Source: an uncultured bacterium
GTDB taxonomy: Bacteria > Planctomycetota > UBA1135 > UBA2386
Reading direction: 5' to 3'
Length of the DNA stretch: 64,000 nt
Assembly (NCBI GenBank): GCA_937952215.1
Contig: CALFZH010000056.1
Location: 16,425 to 80,424, forward strand
In this document: positions 38,604 to 47,708 of the stretch, piece by piece
Position numbering within the stretch: the stretch's first letter is position 1
How the letters are laid out: each line of letters starts with the position of its first letter
The notes under the pieces: model-generated
What the model saw: only the letters and a program-made list of their open reading frames with translations
The model's database searches: none
What the model was told of the DNA's origin: nothing
Made by a program: the position numbers and the translations under genes

Positions 38604-41443
38604 GCAAGAACGACAACGACTCCGATCCGGCGCCGAAGAAGCGTCCCAACCGCTTCGTGCCGCTCGACGACGCGCCGCGCCCTGGCCTGTCGCCGCGGGC
38701 GCGCGAGGTCGTCGCGCTGGCGCTCTCCGGGTTCGCGCTGTTCGCGCTGCTGTCGCTCGCGACATTCCGGTTCGCCGACCTCGACGGCCCGATCCCGACC
38801 GGCGACCTGCAGAACCTCGGCGGCGCGGTCGGCTACCACCTGGCGCACGGCTTCACGCGGTCGCTCGGGTACGCCGGATGGGTGCCGTTCGTGATGCTGC
38901 TGGCGGCCGCGGTGTGGCTGTTCTTCGGGCGGCCGCTGGCGCGGCCGACGATCAAGGCGCTCGGTGCCGTGGTGTTCGCCGCGATGCTGGCGATCCTGTT
39001 CGCGGGCGCATCGGCAGGCGATCCGATCGTGGCTTCGGCGTCGGCGCCGTTCGGGCCCGGCGGCGTCTTCGGGCACGTGGTGTCGCAGCGCCTCGAGTCG
39101 GCGTTCGGCGCGACGGGTCGCTTGCTGGTCGTCGGCTTCGGCGCCGTGATGGCGCTGATGATCGCCACCGAGTGGCTGTTCTCGCAGCTCGTCGTGCGCA
39201 CGTTCGCGGGGCTCGATCTGCTGTGGCGCCGCCTGTTCCGGCGCGGCCCCGAACCTGCCGCCGCCGCGGCGGGTGTGGGTGCGACGAGCATGCCGGTGGA
39301 AGAACTCGAGCCCGCGCGTCGCCGCCGGCGGGTCGCGAGTGCGGAGCCCGCACCTCGACGCGCGGCTGCCGGCGATCCTGCTGCCGAGGCCGGGGCATCA
39401 CCGGCTTCGTCCGCTGCCGCTGCCGCTGACGCGTCCGAGCGGTCGGACGACGCCGAAGAACCGTCGCCGCGGCCGAGCCGCCGCAAACGCGCGCCGGTGG
39501 CGCCCGACGTCGACGAGGACGGCGCGGGGTCGGCCGATGCGGCCGCCGAGGCGAAAGAAGAGAAGCACGAGACGGACGAGAAGGAAGACGAGGTTGTGGT
39601 GCTGCCGCGGCCGGCGCTGGCGGCAACCCCGCCGGAGTCGGCGCCGACGCCGGCAGTTGCTGCGGAGCCTCCGCCGCCGGCGACGCCGACCCCGGCAGCG
39701 CCGCTGCCGATCGTCGTGCTGAAGCCCAAGCCCCGTCCGAAGCCCAAGCCGAAACCGAAGAAGACCGGCCAGGGCGCGCTGCCGTTCGACGACTACCCGT
39801 TCCCGCCGATCGAGCTGTTCCAGGAGCCGGTGCTCAACGACGCGACGACCACGTCCGACGCGCTCGCCCGTGGCGGCCAGGCGATCGTCAACAAGCTCGC
39901 CAACTTCGACATCGCTTCCGAGGTCGTCGCGGCGTCGGTGGGGCCGGCCGTCACCCAGTACGAGTTGCGCCTCGCCGACAGCATTCGCGTCAACAAGGTC
40001 GTCGGCTTCGAATCCGACCTCGCGGCAGCGCTGAAGGCGGTGTCGGTGCGCGTCGTCGCCCCGATCCCCGGCAAGGACACGATCGGCATCGAGGTGCCGA
40101 ACGCCGAGCGGCAGAAGGTGTTCATGCGCGACCTGCTCGACCAGTTCGGGCGGTCGGAGGATCTCGCGATCCCGCTCTACCTCGGCAAGGACGTCGCCGG
40201 CAATCCGATCGTCGAGGACCTCGCGCGCATGCCGCACCTGCTGATCGCCGGCACGACGGGGTCCGGCAAGTCGGTGTGCATCAACACGATCCTGCTGTCG
40301 ATCCTGATGACGCGCACGCCGAGCCAGGTGAAGCTGATCCTGGTCGACCCGAAGATGGTCGAGTTGCAGGCCTACAAGCGGGTGCCGCACCTGTGCTGCG
40401 ACGTCGTCACCAACATGAAGAAGGCCCCCAGCGTGTTGCAGTGGGCCGTCGACGAGATGGAGAACCGCTACGCGCTGTTGTCGGGCGCGGGCGTCAACCA
40501 CATCCGCAACTACAACCGTCTCGGCCAGCAGGAGCTCGCCAAGCGCCTGCAGCGCGAGCCCGACGCCGAACGCGTGCAGTTGCCGTACGTCGTGATCGTC
40601 ATCGACGAGTTCGCCGATCTGATGAACGTCGCGCAGAACGAGGTCGAGGAGCTGATCCAGCGCCTCGCGCAGAAGTCGCGCGCGGTCGGCATGCACGTGA
40701 TCCTGGCGACGCAGCGGCCGAGCAGCGAGGTCATCACCGGCATCATCAAGGCGAACCTGCCGTGCCAGATCGCCTTCAAGGTCAACCGCCGCATCGATTC
40801 GCGCGTGATCCTCGACGCCAACGGCGCCGAGAAGCTGCTCGGCTACGGCGACATGCTCTACATGCCGCCGGGCGGCGGTGCGCTGCTGCGCGCGCAGGGC
40901 ACGTTCGTCGCCGACGACGAGATGCAGGCGGTGGTGCGGTTCCTCGAGGAGCACGGCCAGGAGCCGCAGTTCACGCCATCCCTGATGCAGACGCAGAGCA
41001 GTTCGCGGCCCGCGGTGGCGGACCGCGACGAGCGTTACCGCGAAGCCGTCGAGATCGTGCTCGGGCAGCAGCGTGGCTCGGCGACGCTGCTGCAACGGGC
41101 GCTCGCCGTCGGCTACACGCGGGCGACGCGGCTGCTCGAGCTGATGGAAGAGGACGGACTCGTCGGTCCGTTCGTCGGCAGCAAGTCGCGCGACGTGTTG
41201 CTGACGATCGAGGAGTGGCACGCGCGCGAGGAACTGCGCGAGGCGCAGGCCGACGAGGCTGCCGCGACCGAGGAAGGCGAGGTTGGCGAGGACGGCGAGG
41301 CCGCGGCGAGCGGCGCTGGTGAGGTGGACGGCGAGCCGACGGCGCTCGCTGGGTCCACGAACGGCGGCGACGAGGAGGCCGCGGCTGCGGACGCGGGCGA
41401 GTCGGATCCGGCCGCCAACCGCCGCGACGCGCCGACCGAGTGA
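38600..41443 (+). CDS. ftsK: DNA translocase FtsK
   Basis: It has an N-terminal 4-TM domain, a Pro/Ala/Glu-rich linker, and a motor with Walker A GTTGSGKSV and Walker B VVIVIDEFADLM. The gamma domain is GSATLLQRALAVGYTRATRLLELMEEDGLVGP, and a ~90-aa acidic tail follows it. Confidence 0.95.
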   Translation: MSKNDNDSDPAPKKRPNRFVPLDDAPRPGLSPRAREVVALALSGFALFALLSLATFRFADLDGPIPTGDLQNLGGAVGYHLAHGFTRSLGYAGWVPFVMLLAAAVWLFFGRPLARPTIKALGAVVFAAMLAILFAGASAGDPIVASASAPFGPGGVFGHVVSQRLESAFGATGRLLVVGFGAVMALMIATEWLFSQLVVRTFAGLDLLWRRLFRRGPEPAAAAAGVGATSMPVEELEPARRRRRVASAEPAPRRAAAGDPAAEAGASPASSAAAAADASERSDDAEEPSPRPSRRKRAPVAPDVDEDGAGSADAAAEAKEEKHETDEKEDEVVVLPRPALAATPPESAPTPAVAAEPPPPATPTPAAPLPIVVLKPKPRPKPKPKPKKTGQGALPFDDYPFPPIELFQEPVLNDATTTSDALARGGQAIVNKLANFDIASEVVAASVGPAVTQYELRLADSIRVNKVVGFESDLAAALKAVSVRVVAPIPGKDTIGIEVPNAERQKVFMRDLLDQFGRSEDLAIPLYLGKDVAGNPIVEDLARMPHLLIAGTTGSGKSVCINTILLSILMTRTPSQVKLILVDPKMVELQAYKRVPHLCCDVVTNMKKAPSVLQWAVDEMENRYALLSGAGVNHIRNYNRLGQQELAKRLQREPDAERVQLPYVVIVIDEFADLMNVAQNEVEELIQRLAQKSRAVGMHVILATQRPSSEVITGIIKANLPCQIAFKVNRRIDSRVILDANGAEKLLGYGDMLYMPPGGGALLRAQGTFVADDEMQAVVRFLEEHGQEPQFTPSLMQTQSSSRPAVADRDERYREAVEIVLGQQRGSATLLQRALAVGYTRATRLLELMEEDGLVGPFVGSKSRDVLLTIEEWHAREELREAQADEAAATEEGEVGEDGEAAASGAGEVDGEPTALAGSTNGGDEEAAAADAGESDPAANRRDAPTE

Positions 41444-41562
41444 GCGAGCGGCGACGGCGCCGTTCGTCGGCTTGCGTGCGCCACGGCGACGCGTAGAGTC
41501 CACGCCGCAGCATCCGGTGGCGCCGGACGCCTGCAAGCCAAGCCCGGGAGGGGCGCACCACC

Positions 41563-42996
41563 GTGAACCTGCAGAGCTCGCCTGCGGCGAAGAGTCGCAA
41601 CCGCACCGTCGCCGAGTGGCTCTGGCCGTTCGTGCCGATGGGCATTGCGGCGCTGTCGCTGTCCGCCGTCTCGTACTACCACCTGCATCGCCACGAGTTC
41701 GTGCCGCAGTCGGCGCTGCAGCGGTTCTTCGCCGGCGTCCACGGATTCCTCGGCTTTGCACCGTCCGTGATGTTCTTCGGCATGGTGATCGTGTGGAGCA
41801 CCCTGTGGTGCGTGACCGGTCGCATCGATCGCCCGCTCGGTCGCCTGCTGCGCCTGGTCGCGATGGCGGTGATGCTGGGCATGTTGCTGAATCTCGGCGG
41901 CGGCGGCACTGCCACCGTCGACCATCAGGGCGCACTCGGGGCATGGTGTGCCGGCGTGCTCGTCGACGGCTTCGGCTACGTGGTTAGCCTGCTGCTCGTC
42001 GGCGTGATGACGCTGGCGTCGGTGTTGCTGGCGACGGACTTCTTCTTCCAGGATGCCTTCGAACGGTTGCGCTCGTCGGCTCGTCCCGCGGTCCCCGCGG
42101 CCGATGGCGGGGTCGAACCGGCGGTTGCCGAGCACTTGCGCCGGCTTGCCGAAGAAGTGCCCGCCGAGCCCGCAGTGCCGGTGGCAGCGGCGCCGGTGTC
42201 GGCGTCACCGAGCGAGCCCGTCGTGGATGCCTTCGTGCCGCCAGTGACCAACGAAGTCGAAGAACCACGGCGCCGGCGCTCCTACTTCGAGCGCCGCTAC
42301 GAACGCGAGGCGGAAGCAAGGGAGCGCGCGCCGCGCGAAGACGAGTGGGTTCCGGCGGCGCCTGACAACCAGGAGATCGACAACCCGGAGAGCGCCGAAC
42401 CAGCACTGCCGGAGGCGGCTGCGTCTCCGGGTGGGGAACTCGACGGGGCGGACCAACCTCCGATCGCTGCGCGCGCCGTCTGGCACGCGGAGCCCGAGCC
42501 CGAACCCGAGCCCGAGCCTGCGATCAGGTCGGAGCCGGAACCGGATGCGCTGGTCGCCGCGACCACGGACGAGGGAACCACGCACGAAGGAACCACGGAC
42601 GAAGTCGCCGCGGACGAGGGATTCGACGCCGCACTCGGCGGTCCCGCCGAGGAGCCGCCCCTGGTCGAGCCGTTGGTCGAGATCCCGCGTCCGGATCCGC
42701 TGCCGGAACCGATCCCGGAGCCCGACCTCGCCCCGGAGCCGGTCGCCATGGCGGCTGGCGACGTGCCGCAGGCCGAGGCGCCGATGCAGCAGCAGTTGTT
42801 CGGGGCGGCGGTCGACGAGGCGTTGCTCGCGGAGGCCACCGAGGTCGTCACCCTGTGGCGGCGGGCGAGCGTCGCGTTCCTGCAACGCAAGCTCCGCATC
42901 GACTACGCAACGGCCACCGAAGTGCTCGCGGCGCTCGCCGCGCGCGGCGTGGTCGCGATCGAGGGCGACGCGACGCAGGGGCGCGTGCTCGGCTGA
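41563..42996 (+). CDS. FtsK-like protein lacking the ATPase motor (4TM domain + acidic linker + gamma-like winged helix)
   Basis: The GTG start is preceded by GGGAGGGG. The N-terminal four TM helices show an FtsK_4TM-like pattern (GALGAWCAGVLVDGFGYVVSLLLVGVMTL). The C-terminus ASVAFLQRKLRIDYATATEVLAALAARGVVA resembles the FtsK gamma domain. I see no P-loop anywhere. Confidence 0.75.
   Translation: MNLQSSPAAKSRNRTVAEWLWPFVPMGIAALSLSAVSYYHLHRHEFVPQSALQRFFAGVHGFLGFAPSVMFFGMVIVWSTLWCVTGRIDRPLGRLLRLVAMAVMLGMLLNLGGGGTATVDHQGALGAWCAGVLVDGFGYVVSLLLVGVMTLASVLLATDFFFQDAFERLRSSARPAVPAADGGVEPAVAEHLRRLAEEVPAEPAVPVAAAPVSASPSEPVVDAFVPPVTNEVEEPRRRRSYFERRYEREAEARERAPREDEWVPAAPDNQEIDNPESAEPALPEAAASPGGELDGADQPPIAARAVWHAEPEPEPEPEPAIRSEPEPDALVAATTDEGTTHEGTTDEVAADEGFDAALGGPAEEPPLVEPLVEIPRPDPLPEPIPEPDLAPEPVAMAAGDVPQAEAPMQQQLFGAAVDEALLAEATEVVTLWRRASVAFLQRKLRIDYATATEVLAALAARGVVAIEGDATQGRVLG
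42490..42519. repeat. Hexanucleotide microsatellite (GAGCCC-like x5) inside a coding region
   Basis: gagcccgagcccgaacccgagcccgagcct encodes EPEPEPEPEP in the linker of the FtsK-like protein. Confidence 0.85.
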
Positions 42997-43145
42997 CGAT
43001 TCGCAGAAATCCGGCGACGACCGCGGCCGGCGCGGTTGCCGGACCCGGTCGCCGGCGTCCCCATTTCGTCCACGTCAACTGACAGGTTGTCCACAGGGTC
43101 GTGGCTTGCACGGCGGGACAACACCGGTAAGCAGCCAGTTCGTTC

Positions 43146-44495
43146 ATGGTCGACTTCAAGCAGGCATTCGATGGGCGGGTCGTGCCGCAGAACCTCGACG
43201 CCGAGCGTTCGGTGCTGGGGGCGCTGCTGCTGCACGCGGACGCGGTCGTCGATGTCACCTTCCTGAAGCCGGAAGACTTCTACCTGCCGCGCCACCAGGT
43301 GATCTTCCAGTCGATCGTCGACGCGTACAACGGCCGTCACGCCACCGACCCGATCGTCGTCGGCGAGGAGCTTTCGCGCAGCGGGCGGCTGCAGGAAGCG
43401 GGGGGCCACGAGTCGCTGCTCGATCTCGTCGAGGGCGTCGTGACCGCGGCCGGCGTCGTCTACCACGCCGAGATCGTGCGCGAGAAGGCGGTCCAGCGCC
43501 GGCTGCTCGAAACCTGCCTTGATGTCGCTCGTCGCGCCTACGACAACGAGCTCGACGCCAAGGAACTGCTCGACGAGGCCGAGCGGCAGATCTTCGAGAT
43601 CGCGCGGCTCGACAAGAGCGGCGACGCAGTCAGCATCGCCGATGTGCTCAACCGGACGTTCGAGCGCATCGATCGGCTGCGCGAACGCGAAGGCCGGCTG
43701 ACCGGGCTCGGCACCGACTTCTACGACCTCGACGACATGACCGGCGGGCTGCAGCCCGGCGAGCTCATCATCATCGCGGCGCGGCCGTCGATGGGCAAAA
43801 CGACGTTCGCCCTCAACCTGACGGAGCGCGCGTCCAATCACGGGGCCGCGATCGCCTTCTTCTCGCTCGAGATGTCGAACCAGCAGGTCATCCAGAACAT
43901 GCTCTGCTGCCGCGCCCAGATCGACGGCTCGGCGATGCGCAAGGGACGGATCACCGACCAGCAGTACAAGCGGCTGCAGGACGAAGCGGCGAAGCTCTAC
44001 GACACCCCGATCTTCGTCGACGACACGCCGGGTCTCTCGATCACGCAGTTGCGGGCGAAATGCCGCCGCCTCAAGCAGAAGCACGACATCGGCCTCGTCG
44101 TCGTCGACTACCTGCAGCTGATGACGGGTGGCGGCCGGTTCGAGAGCCGCCAGCAGGAAATCTCGGCGATCTCGCGCGGCCTGAAGAGCATCGCCCGCGA
44201 ACTCTCGGTGCCGGTCATCGCGTTGTCCCAGCTCAACCGCGACGTCGAGAACCGCGACGACCACCGGCCGCGCATGAGTGACTTGCGCGAGTCCGGGGCG
44301 ATCGAGCAGGATGCCGACGTCATCATCCTGTTGCACCGGGACGACTACTACAAACCGACCGAGCAGAACGCCGGCTTGGCGCAGCTGATCATCGCCAAGC
44401 AGCGCAACGGCCCGACGGGCGAAGTCGTGCTGCGGTTCTTCCGCGAGTACATGCGTTTTGAGAACTACACCCGCCGGGCCGAACCGATGCAGTGA
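43146..44495 (+). CDS. dnaB: Replicative DNA helicase DnaB
   Basis: PQNLDAERSVLGALLL N-terminal domain, Walker A ARPSMGKTTFALN, Walker B VVVDYLQLM, and SQLNR. 449 aa with no intein. Confidence 0.96.
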   Translation: MVDFKQAFDGRVVPQNLDAERSVLGALLLHADAVVDVTFLKPEDFYLPRHQVIFQSIVDAYNGRHATDPIVVGEELSRSGRLQEAGGHESLLDLVEGVVTAAGVVYHAEIVREKAVQRRLLETCLDVARRAYDNELDAKELLDEAERQIFEIARLDKSGDAVSIADVLNRTFERIDRLREREGRLTGLGTDFYDLDDMTGGLQPGELIIIAARPSMGKTTFALNLTERASNHGAAIAFFSLEMSNQQVIQNMLCCRAQIDGSAMRKGRITDQQYKRLQDEAAKLYDTPIFVDDTPGLSITQLRAKCRRLKQKHDIGLVVVDYLQLMTGGGRFESRQQEISAISRGLKSIARELSVPVIALSQLNRDVENRDDHRPRMSDLRESGAIEQDADVIILLHRDDYYKPTEQNAGLAQLIIAKQRNGPTGEVVLRFFREYMRFENYTRRAEPMQ

Positions 44496-44511
44496 ACGCC
44501 GCCGCGCGCCG

Positions 44512-47157
44512 ATGGGCCGCGCGACGGTGCCTGTCCTGCTGCTCGCCATGGTGGCGGCGACGGCGCCGGTGATCCGCGCCCAGGTGCAGGATCCGCCGCC
44601 GGCGAAGCGGGTCGACACGCCCCAGGGCGGCGAGGCGTGGATCGATCCGGCGGTCGCGGCCATGCAGGGCAAGCCGGTCCGCGTGGTGACGTTCGCCAAG
44701 GCCGAGCGGCCGGGCATGCCGGTGCGCGTGGTCGAAGCGGCGATGGCCGAGTCGTGGGGGCGAGTGCTGACGACGCGCGTCGGCGAGCCGTTCGAAGCGC
44801 GCAAGGTCTCGGCGGACTGCCAGGCGCTGTGGAACGACCGGCGCCTCGTGGTCGCTGCCTACGCCGCCGAGGTCGACGGCGGCGTGCGTGTGACGTTCGA
44901 AGTCGAGCGCGAGGTCGAGATCTACGCCGGCGTCGAATTCGTCGGGCTGTACGGCATCGATCGCACCACGGCGGATGCGCTGCTCGGTCTGTATCCGGAT
45001 CGCCAGGTCACGCGCACCGAAGCCGAGGCGATGCGCAAGGTGCTGCTCGCGCGCTACCGGCGCGATGGCTACGCGTTCTGCAGCATCGCCGTCGAGGAGA
45101 TGCCGGTGCCGGATGCGTTGCCCGGTGTCGCCGCCGATCCGGGCCGGCGGCTGGTGCAACGCATGCTGCGCTTCGTCGTCGACGAAGGCCCCAAGGTCAC
45201 GGTGCGGGACATCTCGTTCCGCGGCAATGCGTCGTTCCTCGCCGACCCGGCGTTCGGCTTCCTCGGTGTCGACGACTACCTGCTGCGCGACTCGAAACTC
45301 CAGAGCGGTCCGGCGCGTGGCCTCATCAACGGCGGCGCCTGGAGTCGGGAGATCCTCGACGAAGACCTCGACCGGCTGCGCCTGTTCTACCGCACGCGGG
45401 GCTTCCTCGATGCCACGGTCGACGTCGCCGACGTCGCGTTCACGCCCGAGCGCGACCAGGTCGACATCGCGATCGTCATCGTCGAAGGGCCGCGCTATCG
45501 CCTGCGGTCGGTGCGCGTCGAGCACGTCGATGCGACGCAGCAGCCCCTCGTTGGCTCACCGCTCTACCCGATCGACGAACTGCGGCGCGAAGTGAAGGTG
45601 CAGCCTGGCGAGTTCTACTCGTACGATCAGCTGCAGCGCGACGTGGCAGCGCTCGAGGACTTCTACGGCCGGCGCGGCCATCCGTCGGTGCGCTTCCCCG
45701 GCATGAGTGCGGTGCCGGACGGTTGCCGCGTGTTCACGCCGGTCGAGACCTACGGCACGGCCCCGGAAGTGGACATCGTGTTCCAGGTCAGCGAGGGCGT
45801 GCCCAAGCGGCTGCGTGACGTGGTGGTCCGCGGCAACCGGTTCACGCGCGACGCGGTGATCCGTCGTCGTTTCCGCACCTTTCCCGGTGACCGCATCGAC
45901 ATGGTCGAGGTGAAGCGTTCGCTGCGGTCGATCGCCGGCACGCGCTACTTCAACGACGCGGTGAGCCTGAGCGGTCCGCGGCTCCAACTCGAGCCGGTGC
46001 CCGGGCAGCCCGAGTACGTCGACATCGGCCTCGACGTGACCGACGGTTCGACGGGGCGGCTGCAGTGGGGCGCTGGCATCAGCACCGGCGAGGGCGTGCG
46101 CGCCCAGGTCACGTTCAACAAGAGCAACTTCGATCTGACGCGGCTGCCGAGCAGTCCGGATCCGATCACCGTGATCGGCGAGATGATCGACAACAAGGCG
46201 TTCCACGGCGGCGGCCAGGATCTCAACATGCTGCTGGCGCCGGGCAGTCGCCTCAGCCAGTTCCAGATCACGTTCCGTGAGCCCGACGTCTTCGGCCAGC
46301 ACCTCGACACCTGGGAACTGCGCGTCAGCGGTCGGCGGACGATCCGGCGGCTGACCGACGGCTACACCAGCGACATCTTCGGCGCCGACGTCGGACTGTC
46401 GCACAACTTCAGCGACGAGTTGAATGCCGGCATCGCCGCGCGCGAGGAGTCGATCGAGATCGACGACCTCGCCGCCGACGCGACGTCGCTCGCGTTCGCG
46501 TCGGAGGGGCGCACGGAGCTGCGCGGCCTGCGGCTGCACGCGCGCTACCGCGACCACGACGACGTGTTCCGGCCGACGTCCGGGTTCGACGCCGGCATCA
46601 CCGCCGACCTGATCGGCGGGCCGCTCGGCGGTGAGACGAGCCTGACGAAGTTCACGCACTCGGCCAACCTCTACGTGCCGCTCGCCGAGAACTCGCACGG
46701 ACATCGCACCGTGCTGCACGTCGAGCACTTCCTCGGCTTCGCGAACGCCTTCGACGACAGCAACGACGTGTTCGTGACCGAGCGCTTCTACATGGGCGGC
46801 GCCAACCTGCGCGGCTTCGATTTCCGCCGCGCGGGACCCAAGCAGTTCGGGCGGCCGCTCGGCGGCGAAGCGGTCTGGACCCAGACCACGGAGATCTTCT
46901 TCCCGCTGGTCCCGACGCGCCTCGAAGGCGATCTGCGCGATCGCGAGCTCGTGCGCGGCGTGATCTTCAACGACTTCGGCCTGCTCGGGCTGTCGGCCGA
47001 GGATCCGACCTTCGGCGAACTGCGCGGTAGCTGGGGCATCGGTGTGCGCATCGAGATCCCGGTCCTCGAGATCCCGATCGCCCTCGATCTCGGCTGGCCC
47101 TACCGCTACGAGGACAGCGACGATCGCCGGCAGCTCTACTTCTCGATCACGCGATGA
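44512..47157 (+). CDS. bamA: Outer-membrane protein assembly factor BamA
   Basis: Start at ATG 44512 gives the signal peptide MGRATVPVLLLAMVAATAPVIRAQ. POTRA-like repeats are followed by a C-terminal Omp85 barrel (YMGGANLRGFDFRRAGP...GGEA...EIFFPL). Confidence 0.9.
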   Translation: MGRATVPVLLLAMVAATAPVIRAQVQDPPPAKRVDTPQGGEAWIDPAVAAMQGKPVRVVTFAKAERPGMPVRVVEAAMAESWGRVLTTRVGEPFEARKVSADCQALWNDRRLVVAAYAAEVDGGVRVTFEVEREVEIYAGVEFVGLYGIDRTTADALLGLYPDRQVTRTEAEAMRKVLLARYRRDGYAFCSIAVEEMPVPDALPGVAADPGRRLVQRMLRFVVDEGPKVTVRDISFRGNASFLADPAFGFLGVDDYLLRDSKLQSGPARGLINGGAWSREILDEDLDRLRLFYRTRGFLDATVDVADVAFTPERDQVDIAIVIVEGPRYRLRSVRVEHVDATQQPLVGSPLYPIDELRREVKVQPGEFYSYDQLQRDVAALEDFYGRRGHPSVRFPGMSAVPDGCRVFTPVETYGTAPEVDIVFQVSEGVPKRLRDVVVRGNRFTRDAVIRRRFRTFPGDRIDMVEVKRSLRSIAGTRYFNDAVSLSGPRLQLEPVPGQPEYVDIGLDVTDGSTGRLQWGAGISTGEGVRAQVTFNKSNFDLTRLPSSPDPITVIGEMIDNKAFHGGGQDLNMLLAPGSRLSQFQITFREPDVFGQHLDTWELRVSGRRTIRRLTDGYTSDIFGADVGLSHNFSDELNAGIAAREESIEIDDLAADATSLAFASEGRTELRGLRLHARYRDHDDVFRPTSGFDAGITADLIGGPLGGETSLTKFTHSANLYVPLAENSHGHRTVLHVEHFLGFANAFDDSNDVFVTERFYMGGANLRGFDFRRAGPKQFGRPLGGEAVWTQTTEIFFPLVPTRLEGDLRDRELVRGVIFNDFGLLGLSAEDPTFGELRGSWGIGVRIEIPVLEIPIALDLGWPYRYEDSDDRRQLYFSITR

Positions 47158-47708
47158 ACGAGCAGGAACCGTTCCGCCGACTGTCGCGCGAGGTGGTGGT
47201 CGACAACCCGTGGCACCGTTACTGCCACGACCGTTACGTGCAGACCGACGGCAGCGTCGGCGACTACTGGTACGTCGACATGCCCGGCAGCTGTGCGGCG
47301 ATCCCGTGGTTCGACGACGGCAGCACGGTGCTCGTGCGCGTGCACCGCTACCTGCTCGGCCGCGACCTCTGGGAGTTCCCGATCGGCGGCATGCGGCCCG
47401 GTGACGATCCGCTGACGGTGGCCCAGCACGAACTGCACGAGGAGGCCGGGCTCGTCGCGCGCGACTGGACACCGCTCGGGCGCTTTGCGCCATACAAGGG
47501 CGTCTCCAACGAGGTCTGCCACTTCTTCCTGGCGCGCGGCCTTGCCGCGGTCGGCCAGCACCTCGAGCCGAGCGAGCGCATCCGGCCGGAGCGGCTGCCG
47601 TTCGCCGCGGCGCGCGAGCGGCTGCTGGCGCAGGAACTCGGCGACGGGCAGTCGATGGCAGGGCTGCTGCTGTTCGAGCGCTGGATCGCGGCCGGCAACC
47701 GGCCATGA
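47154..47708 (+). CDS. NUDIX hydrolase (ADP-ribose pyrophosphatase-like)
   Basis: Nudix box GGMRPGDDPLTVAQHELHEEAG. The ATG overlaps the bamA stop (ATGA). Confidence 0.88.
   Translation: MNEQEPFRRLSREVVVDNPWHRYCHDRYVQTDGSVGDYWYVDMPGSCAAIPWFDDGSTVLVRVHRYLLGRDLWEFPIGGMRPGDDPLTVAQHELHEEAGLVARDWTPLGRFAPYKGVSNEVCHFFLARGLAAVGQHLEPSERIRPERLPFAAARERLLAQELGDGQSMAGLLLFERWIAAGNRP

Noticed and set aside
39400-39760. The Pro/Ala/Glu-rich low-complexity stretch in ftsK, and a similar one at 42200..42760 in the FtsK-like gene, as possible non-coding or repeat elements.
   Set aside because: They are in frame within otherwise well-supported genes and correspond to the variable linker typical of FtsK proteins. 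Only the short EPEPEP hexamer run qualifies as a true nucleotide repeat.
44458-44511. N-terminal extensions offered by the ORF track for many genes: bamA from 44458, ChaN-like from 51615, the repeat protein from 51040, RND from 63392, mutM from 16419, TBDR from 55880, and SDR/ElbB from 51120/50281.
   Set aside because: The extensions are Arg-rich, overlap upstream genes, and destroy otherwise canonical N-termini such as signal peptides, lipoboxes, PELPEVE of Fpg and Rossmann motifs. Internal ATG/GTG starts give standard protein lengths.
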